49,498 nt of DNA, from IMG/VR virus record IMGVR_UViG_3300029839_000128; one strand, written 5' to 3'. Below are positions 24,771 through 33,800 of the stretch, piece after piece (position 1 is the first letter of the stretch; each line of letters starts with the position of its first letter). The DNA is from a virus (Duplodnaviria > Heunggongvirae > Uroviricota > Caudoviricetes). Position numbers and translations under genes: made by a program. The notes under the pieces are model-generated. The model was not told the origin of the DNA, did no database searches, and worked only from the letters and a program-made list of their open reading frames with translations.

Positions 24771-25304
24771 ATGAGAATACTGGCGGTTGATCAGGCAAGA
24801 CACGGCGGTTGGGCCGTTTTTGATTATGAAAATAAGACATTACTCGATTATGGAGTATGGTCATACGACAATAAAAAATGTTCGTTTGAACAGGCGATGC
24901 TGCATATTGAAGCGTTGATTGATGAGGTGATTCACGCGCATGGCGCTGATGCAGTTTTCTTTGAGGACATTCAACTAAGGCAGAATGTTCAATCTTTTAA
25001 GAGGCTGGCACAGCTGCAAGGCGCACTCGTTTTGCTCTGCGAGAAGAACGAATACCTATATGGTTTGGTGGCACCTACACAATGGCAGAACTATTGTAAG
25101 GCACGCGGGCGAACAGAAAAAGAAATTAAGGCTAAGGTGACAGAAATTATCCCTGGATGCAAAAAAAACTCAAAAGTTCTGTCATTGCAGTTTGTAAAAG
25201 AAAAGTTTGGTATCGAAACGGAGAACGACAACCTTTCTGATGCGATCTGTATCGGGCACTATGTCGTAAACAATTTAGAAATTGCAAAAGGAGAAACAAC
25301 ATGA
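24771..25304 (+). CDS. RuvC-like Holliday junction resolvase
   Basis: MRILAVDQA (Asp), VFFEDIQ (Glu) and NDNLSDAICIG (two Asp). ATG 24771 follows GGGGAG. Confidence 0.85.
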   Translation: MRILAVDQARHGGWAVFDYENKTLLDYGVWSYDNKKCSFEQAMLHIEALIDEVIHAHGADAVFFEDIQLRQNVQSFKRLAQLQGALVLLCEKNEYLYGLVAPTQWQNYCKARGRTEKEIKAKVTEIIPGCKKNSKVLSLQFVKEKFGIETENDNLSDAICIGHYVVNNLEIAKGETT

Positions 25305-25951
25305 AGAAAATCCGTGATGAAAAGAAGCCTTTGGTTGAGTTTATGGACGAGTTCGGCGATGTGGAAACGCTGATGGAGACCAGTTTGCCCGATCCCACGC
25401 TGTTGGAATATTATCGTCGGCTACAGAAGCGCGAGATTTTGTGGAATGATGATATTGACGATACCACAATCGATATTGCCATGTATATCAAGAAATGGAA
25501 TGAGGAGGATAAAGGTAAGGGCGTTGAGGAACGCAAGCCTATTAAGATCTTTATCAATTCGGACGGCGGTAGTTTGGATACTATCATGCACATTATCGAT
25601 ATGATTTTACTGTCAAAGACCCCTGTTATTACGATTGGTATGGGTCGTGTATATAGTGCTGGTGGGCTTCTATTGATGGCAGGCCATAAGCGCTATATTT
25701 TCAATCATACCAGCTGTCTGATTCACGACGGTTCTTCCGGTGCGATTGGCAGTGTTGGTAAGCTGCTGGACAATCTGAAGTTTACTGAGGCGTTTGAACA
25801 GCGAGTGAAGCAATACATTACATCACAGACTCGCATTACCTCTGAGATGTATGAAGACAACTATCGCCGTGACTGGTTCCTTTTCAGTGACGATATGATT
25901 CGCTTGGGTATTGCGGATGAGGTTGTGGCAGACATCGATACCATTCTTTAA
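25301..25951 (+). CDS. clpP: ClpP-like serine protease
   Basis: PIKIFINSDGG, VYSAG (Ser), LIHDG (His), RDWF (Asp) and GIADEVV. Confidence 0.88.
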   Translation: MKKIRDEKKPLVEFMDEFGDVETLMETSLPDPTLLEYYRRLQKREILWNDDIDDTTIDIAMYIKKWNEEDKGKGVEERKPIKIFINSDGGSLDTIMHIIDMILLSKTPVITIGMGRVYSAGGLLLMAGHKRYIFNHTSCLIHDGSSGAIGSVGKLLDNLKFTEAFEQRVKQYITSQTRITSEMYEDNYRRDWFLFSDDMIRLGIADEVVADIDTIL

Positions 25952-25963
25952 GGGGTGAAAACT

Positions 25964-26695
25964 ATGGCAAAGAAACGCACGGGATCGGATATTTACGATG
26001 TACCTATGTCTCTCCGGGATCAGCCCTTTTATGGGTTGGTTCTGGATGAGCAACAGCAGGTTTTCCGAGATGCGATCTGGGACGAAAACAAACTGATTGT
26101 TTTTTGTAATGCAAAAGCAGGAACCGGTAAAACTCTGATCGCTACGGCAACGGCAAATTTGTTGTGTAAGTATGGACGATATGAGGGGATCGTGTACATT
26201 GCGTCTCCCACTCAGGAGCAGAAGCAGGGATATCTGAAAGGTAGTATTGAGGAAAAGTCCGAACCCTATTTCGAGCCATTTTATCAGGCGCTCAAAAAAA
26301 TTGGTGTCAATTTGAACACTGCTTTTTACGATGACAGTGTAAACGAAAAATATCAGACAGCATACATTGAGTGTCTTACACACACCTTTTTGAGAGGCAC
26401 TAACTTTGAAAATAAGGTGGTAATCGTGGATGAGGCGCAAAATTTCTATTTTGATGAATTGATGAAAGTTTTGACCCGCATTCACGATAATTGTAAGGTG
26501 ATCGTGATTGGACACGACGGGCAGAATGATTTGCTGTCTAACCCAGAGCGCTCTGGGTTTGTACCATATCTCTCATGGTTTAAGAATGACGAAAGAACAG
26601 CTGTTTGCCAACTGGAGAAAAACTATCGTGGTTGGATTAGCCAGCACGCAGACGAGTTGAATTTCAAGAGTGCAATGAAATTTATGGAGGACTGA
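25964..26695 (+). CDS. phoH: PhoH-family ATPase
   Basis: AKAGTGKT, GYLKGSIEEK, FLRGTNF, VDEAQN, LTRI and IGHDGQND. ATG 25964 follows AAGGGGTG (track start 25955). Confidence 0.9.
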   Translation: MAKKRTGSDIYDVPMSLRDQPFYGLVLDEQQQVFRDAIWDENKLIVFCNAKAGTGKTLIATATANLLCKYGRYEGIVYIASPTQEQKQGYLKGSIEEKSEPYFEPFYQALKKIGVNLNTAFYDDSVNEKYQTAYIECLTHTFLRGTNFENKVVIVDEAQNFYFDELMKVLTRIHDNCKVIVIGHDGQNDLLSNPERSGFVPYLSWFKNDERTAVCQLEKNYRGWISQHADELNFKSAMKFMED

Positions 26696-26697
26696 AT

Positions 26698-27330
26698 ATG
26701 AAGAAAATTGCAGTCAATACCGTAAAGGCGTTCCTGAAGGAGCACGCTGATACGGGGACGGTAACAAAGGAATTTCCTGTGGCAGATTCCACCTTTGAAG
26801 TACAGATCCGTACTATTCTGACTGTTGATGAGAAGACAAAGTTTATTTCTCGCGTGGTAAGAAATTGCTTTGATGCGGCAGGCAATTATCATCCTGAGTT
26901 TCTGACACCTATGCTCCGCGCTACCATTTTGCAGATGTGTACTAATGTACCTGTTTTGACGATGAAGGGCGAAGCAGAGAATATGGATTTGGATGCTATG
27001 AATGCTTTGTATCAAGCAATGAATTTGGATTATTTGGACAATGAGCCGTATCAAGCGATGATGCGAGAGATGGTAGGTCTGTGTCAAGTGGGTATTGAAT
27101 GGCGCAAGGCACGCAACCTGAGTGACGGTAATAAGGTAAGTGTCAACGCAATGAATGCTTTGGGGGATGCCGCTATTTCTATCCGAAATGTAATGGAGGC
27201 ACTGGCAAAGAAAGCGGATAGCACTGATATGGATACTCTAATGCAGTATGCCGGGAAGATCTCCAAAGCAACAGAAAATTTGGATGAGGGTGGTATTTTG
27301 CAGGGTATTCTGGACGCCCAGATCAAATAA
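26698..27330 (+). CDS. hypothetical protein (possible tail assembly chaperone)
   Basis: GGAGG RBS; two genes upstream of the tape measure. Confidence 0.6.
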   Translation: MKKIAVNTVKAFLKEHADTGTVTKEFPVADSTFEVQIRTILTVDEKTKFISRVVRNCFDAAGNYHPEFLTPMLRATILQMCTNVPVLTMKGEAENMDLDAMNALYQAMNLDYLDNEPYQAMMREMVGLCQVGIEWRKARNLSDGNKVSVNAMNALGDAAISIRNVMEALAKKADSTDMDTLMQYAGKISKATENLDEGGILQGILDAQIK

Positions 27331-27363
27331 GCAACACAGAAAATCAACCGAGGAGGTGGAGGC

Positions 27364-27855
27364 ATGACAATTCGAGAGGCGTTAGCGGTGGCAAATAAGC
27401 AGCTGGTACAGAAAATTGACAACGCAATGACCAATGAAGTTTTTAAGGAAGTCCAGGATGAAGAAGCGGCCACCATCTTTTCAGAGGTTTATAAGGTCTA
27501 TACGCCCCGGATGTATCGCAGACGGGGCGATATGGGTGGACTGGGAGACCCTTATAACATTGAGATTCGGGGAGGTAGCGCTAAGGGCGGCGTTTTGGTA
27601 GTGGTCAATGTGACTGAACCAAACCCCGGAGGCTGTTTTGATAACAGTAGGGTTACGACAGGGAAGAATTTGCCGGAGTTGGTGGAATACGGACACGGCT
27701 ACAAATATTACACCTATGATTTCCCTTCAAAAAAGGGGCGTTTTATGGAGCCAAGACCATTTACTGCTAAAACAATCGAGCATTTGAAGGAAAGTGGGGC
27801 ACACATATCTGCTTTGAGAGCGGGGCTAAAAAGGCAGGGTGTGAGAGTGAAATGA
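27364..27855 (+). CDS. hypothetical tail/neck protein (HK97 gp10-like features)
   Basis: YxRRG..LG, VEYG and PRPF motifs are reminiscent of gp10-like neck proteins. Confidence 0.5.
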   Translation: MTIREALAVANKQLVQKIDNAMTNEVFKEVQDEEAATIFSEVYKVYTPRMYRRRGDMGGLGDPYNIEIRGGSAKGGVLVVVNVTEPNPGGCFDNSRVTTGKNLPELVEYGHGYKYYTYDFPSKKGRFMEPRPFTAKTIEHLKESGAHISALRAGLKRQGVRVK

Positions 27856-27870
27856 ATTTCAAAATAAAGG

Positions 27871-30800
27871 GTGGTGAGGAATGTGGATGAGGATCTGAAG
27901 ATTGTAGTTACCAGTGAATTGGAGGCTGACGAACAAGCGTCAGCGCAACGAATTTCTGCGCAACTTCCGAGTATTGCTAAGTTGATCAATCAGCAAAGCA
28001 AGATCAAAGTGCGGGTTGAAGTTGATAACAGCAACATCCAGACTGAGGCTCAGAAATTCAGCAAAGAGTTGAGCAGAGCAACCCAAACGCATAAGGTGGG
28101 TGTTTCTGTTGGGTTGGATCAAGCTTCTGTAAGAAAGATGCAGGCTGAGCTGAATAGCTTGAAGGTTAGTCCCGACGTTTCTCACGCCATGACTGAGCAA
28201 CTGGAAAAGATGGGCATTCAGATTGATCGCATTACTGGTCGTTGGGAACAAGCCAGCAATCAAGAAGAGAGAATGCTAAGCCTATCTATCCAAGGCACAG
28301 ATCAGCTTGGACGAAGTGTATCCTATTTACAGACATACGATGCGATTACGGGCGATATCAATACGCACTTAACCAATGTAACAATGAATTTGGAGAGGCA
28401 GCGTCAGATTGAAGCTCAGATTGCGGCCAAAGCTAAGGCAGATAATGAGTCCCGAATTTCTTATTTGACAAAGCAAAAGGCGGTATTGTCTGATATTCAG
28501 GCGTCTTATACTGGGGCCACTTCTGCAAAGCCAGTAAATGATACTACGCACCTGGATGCGTTGAACGCCAAGTATACCGAACTTGAGACTAAAATTCAGA
28601 CCATGATTGGCACAACTGGTCAGCTGGATAAGGTACAACGTGCGAGTATTGAAGCAGAGATTGCCGCATTGAAGCAACTGGTTAAAGAATATCAGAATGC
28701 GGAGTATGTAGCAACAAAGCTTAGAACGAAAGATATTGGCTCTATCAAAACAGATCAGTTTGCAGCATTGGACACATTGGAAAAACGCCTACAGTCCGCC
28801 GGCACTTTAACCGATGAGTTCAAGAGTCGCATTAGTGGACTGAGAACGCAGTTAGGAGAAGCTTTTGATCCGGCGTCTTTGACAGCATTTTTGAACAGTT
28901 TTGATAGGCTGGAAGGAGATGTGAAAACCTTCCAAGAGCAGTTGCGAGGTGTGAATGCTCTTTATACACAGATGATTGCTGTGGAGAATAAAGTCACCAG
29001 AACAAAAACTGCGATGGTAGGGTTAGATCCGACTGCAGATAAGGAAAAGTTGGCGGTACTAAATGAGCAGTTGGCTTTGTATGAACGTCAAAGACAAATG
29101 CTGAATGAGCAGCTTACTCCTTATGCAGCGATCATCCAGTACGCACGGCAGGCTGAATCTGCTGAAAGGGCGCGTCTTGAAAATGAGATTAAGTTAAAAC
29201 TTTCCGGTGCAGAACTGGCAGATAAGGCGCGAGAGATTGATCAGACCATGCAGAGAATCCCTTCTACTGTTCAAGATCTGCAGATGCGCTTTAGTCAGTT
29301 GGTTGCGCCAACTGATAATTTGATTCAAAAAATGCAAATGCTTCGGGAGACCGAGGCGGCATATAGCTCTGCTAAAACAGATGCAGAAAAAATTGCAGCC
29401 TATGAACGGCTGCAATTTTTAATTGCCGAATGCAGCAAAGAAATGTCTGAACTGAACCGTGTACAGCGTGGCGATGTGCTAAATTTCAAGTTTAATGAAA
29501 ACTTGGAAAAAGCAAAGGCAGATCTGGCGGCAGTTGGACGGCAATGGAGTGCGCTAAAAAGCGACCCTGGTTTGAATGCGCAGTTCCAGCAACTTGGATA
29601 TAATCTGCAAGTTATTGATAATCAGATGGATCTGAATAAGTGGACTTCACAATTTAGCAGATTCAAGTCTGAGGTAAAAGCTGCCGGCAAGAATATGCAA
29701 TCTCTGGGCGATGTACTGAAGAATAATGTTGGTAAGGTTTTGCAGTGGGTTTCTGCTACAACTTTACTATTCCGAGCATTCAGTATTTTGAGAAATGCAA
29801 TTTCCACCGTTGTTGCATTGGATACGGCAATGATCGACTTGCGTAAAACAACCCAGGCAACGGAGGAAGAATATCGCAAATTTTATCTGAGCGCTAACGA
29901 GACGGCTAAGGCGTTGGGCGTTACCACTGAAGAGGTAATTTCTCAGACAGCTGAATGGAGCCGACTGGGTTATACTATGCAGGAGGCCGCAAAGCTGGCG
30001 GAGAACTCTGCAATTTTCAGAGCAGTATCTCCCGAAATGGACATTGATATGGCGACCGATGGCCTGGTTAGTATAATCAAGGCATTTGATATCGATGTGG
30101 ATGATACCATGGACGGTATCATTTCTAAGGTCAATTCAGTAGGCAACGCATTTGCTGTAAGTAATGCAGATATTGTAGAGGCTTTGACACGCAGCTCCGC
30201 CGCTATGTCTGCGGCAAACAACACATTCGACGAAACAGTGGCGCTGGCTACGGCTGCTATCGAAATCACAAGAGACGCCAGCAGTGTTGGTAACGCATTG
30301 AAGACAATTTCTATGCGTATTCGTGGTTATGACGAGGAGACGGAAGAGTATGTTGGAGGCGTCGAGGAGCTGACGGGCGCAATCGCCGATTTGACAAAGA
30401 CTGCAAGCAATAATAATCGGGGTATTTCTTTGTTTGAGGAAGGAGACCCAGAGACTTATCGTTCTACTTATGACATCCTGGCAGATATTGCTGCTATCTG
30501 GGATGAATTGACCGATAAAAACCGTGCAGATCTGTTGGATAAATTGTTTGGTAAGCAGAGAGCGCAAGTTGGTGCTGCAATGCTTGCCAACTTTGAACAG
30601 GCGGATGCAGCAATTAAAACTATGGCCAATAGTGCGGGCAGCGCTGAAGCTGAGATGGAAAACATCTATCAGTCTTTGGATTATAAGTTGAACGCATTGC
30701 AGGAGACATGGGTAGGCGTTGCTCAGAATTTGTTTGATACAGATCAAATGAAATTGGTTGTTGACGGTTTAACGGCGCTTTCCAATGCTGTAGATTGGTT

Positions 30801-33800
30801 GACAGATAAATTAGGGCTGTTTGGAACGATTGGTCTTGTAGTAGTGATTGGGCATCTTGTGAAATTTAGATCTACGCTTAGCACAATCAATACTGCAATT
30901 ACCCCAGTTTTGAATACGCTTTCCAATATTAGTTTTGATGGTAGTACATCAAGCGTGCTGAGTTATGCTCTGGCATTGAGTTCTCTTGAGCCTACACAAC
31001 AGAGATTGGCAATGAGTATGGCTGGGTTAAATGCCGAGCAGCAGCAACAGGTTATTACAATGATGACAGCCGTTGCTGCAATGAAACAATATACCGTTGC
31101 TGAGCTTGAAAAAACACTTGGCATGGAAGCCGGCACTTTGGCAAACGAATTGAATGTTGCTTCAACCGAAAGGGTTACAGTTGAAATCTTGAAAGCTGCG
31201 GTAGCAAACGGGACGCTTACCCAAGCGCAGATGGAACAGATTTTAATGACAAATAGGCAGGCTGCGGCAAATAATACTGCTGGTTTGTCATTTAAGAACT
31301 TGGGAGCAACTGCCGGTGCTGCGTGGAAGAGCATGAGTGCGCTGTCTAAATTTAGCTTGATTGCGGGCGTAGTAACGACTGCAATTTCTCTAATTTCTGC
31401 TGCATGGACTTATTTTTCTGAACGTGCTGAGCGAGCAAAGCAAAAAATGGAGGAGCTTGAGAATGAATATGAGGAGCTTGCTTCTACCATTTCAAGCACC
31501 GCTACGACATTCAGAAATTTGCGGAATACTTCTGAAGAGATTATCCCAAGATTTGTTGAGCTGGCAAAGGGCGTTGATAAATTCGGAAAAAATGTTAGCT
31601 TAACAGATGAAGAGTATGAAGAGTTTCTATCTCTAAATAACCAGATTGCAGAAATGTTCCCAGAAATCAATATGGGAATGGACAGCAATGGTAATGCAAT
31701 GCTGGCACTATCTTATAGCGCTGATACGCTTACAGAGTCTCTTATGGCTTTGGTTGAGGCGGAAAGAGCCGCCGCAAATGCTGAGATCGCGAAGACCATG
31801 CCAGACGTGCTTACAAATATTGAAGAGACGAACGAGGTATATCGCGATCAAATTGCCGATCTGAGAGACATTCAGGATGAGTATACTCAGGTATTTGAGG
31901 ATATCCAAAATCGTAGTCTGCCTACAGAGGTGGGAAGATTTTCTACCAAAGAGGCGGGAGAAGCTGCCGCTCGTGAGTTTATTCAAAAAGCACAAGAGCT
32001 TGGTATGCACGGATCGGTATATATTGACGACCAGCAATCAACCAATAATGGATATGTTTTTAAGGTCGAGTGGGACTACTCTGCATTGGATGTTGCTCCC
32101 ACACTCAATATGCCGTATATCGAAGATCAATACGAGATCGCAATTCAGCGTTATGAGCAACAAATCAATAATTTTGAAGAGCGGATGCGTGCGAAGTGGG
32201 CACAGCTTAATCCGGTAGTAGGTAGTTGGCTGCAAACTGATTTTATGTTCCAAGATCTCAATGGTCAAATGCAAGAAATTGCTGAGACGATGGTATCGGG
32301 ACTGGATTTCAGTGAGCTTGGGCTAACAACCCAGGAGGAAGTTCAGCAGTATGTAGATGATAATATTGTTGAGCCACTATTTTTGGCTGCGCCTGAAGTA
32401 AAAGAGGCTTTCAATAGTATTGTTGATTGGAAAGAACAGTTGGCAAATGGCGAGATTACCAACGAGGATTTTGCTTCTAATATTAGAGAGGCGTTTGATG
32501 GTATTTTCGCTTCTTTACAGCCTGCTAATGCAGAAGCTTTTAAGAACATTTTTACTACAGCATTTAATGAAATGGGGATCGCAGGAAGCAATTTCAATTC
32601 TGTATTGGATGGCCTAATCGATGAATGGGCGGGGAATACTTCTGGTGCTCAGCAATTTAGCGGAGAGCTATCTGAACTATCTGAAACTCTCTCTGCCTTG
32701 AAGTCTTCCTATGATCTTTTAGAGCAAGCTCAAGAAGATATGGCAACAGGTGGTCTGACGGCGGAAACTATTGAAGCTTTAGCCAATGCAGAAGAGGATT
32801 ATCTAAGCTATCTTTATGAAGAAAATGGTGTAGTAAAGCTAAATGTAGAGGCTTGGAAAGAAAAGGCTAATGCACAAATGGCGGGAGATATCGCGTTAAT
32901 TGAGAGCGAAATTTCTGCCATTGAGCAGCAAAATGCCGCATTGCGGGATAACATTGCTTATTACGAAGAGCAGAGAAGCCTTGGTAATGACGGCGGATTG
33001 TGGTCAAGTCTAATCGCGGAAGCAACAAGTGAAATTGAGGCGAATAATGCAGCGATTGCAGAGCATCAGAAGAAACTTGCTATGTATAGCGTTTTGTATG
33101 GTGATATTACAGGTGATGTAGATGCCTATACTGCAGCGTTGCATAATTTCACTAATGTGGCGAACAGCATTGATAGTATTTCAAGCTCGTTCCAAACTCT
33201 TGCCGATCTACAAGCGACAGTGGCAGATGGATTTACAATGTCGCTGGAAAAAGCATTGGAGTTTGCGGCTGTTTATCCAGAGATTCTTAACAATGCTCAG
33301 GTTACGGCTGATGGTCAAATTGCTTTGAATGAAGGGGTTGTCAATACTTTCATTCAAGGAAAGAAAGCAGAACTTGACACTCAAATTGATGCTCAGATTG
33401 CCCAGCTTGAGGCTGACAAAGCGGTTCTGGAAGCTAAGATGCAAGCGGCTCAAGCACAACTTGATCTTGCCAAAAGTGTTGGTGAGGGAGAGGGGCAAAT
33501 CTCTAAAGAGTTGGCTGAATATCGTATCAATGCCGGTAATGCTGTTGCGCAAGCATTGATTGATGCCGGTATTGACGAAGCAACTGCATTTAAGCTTGCG
33601 GCTGCTGCCATGTCTCAAAATGCACAAGAGTTTAATCAGATTGCAGCGGATGTATGCACAGATGTAAATGGCAATTTTAATCAGGCCGCCTACGATCTGG
33701 CGCAAACGATGTATAACAATCTGACGAATGTTAAGACCGACCTGGCATCTGTAGCAAAACAAGCACATCAAACAGCACAGGCTATCGCAGGTATTGCAGA

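Noticed and set aside
26698..27870. Programmed frameshift of tail assembly chaperone
   Set aside because: I found no convincing slippery heptamer near the ORF end, and the next ORF has its own strong RBS.
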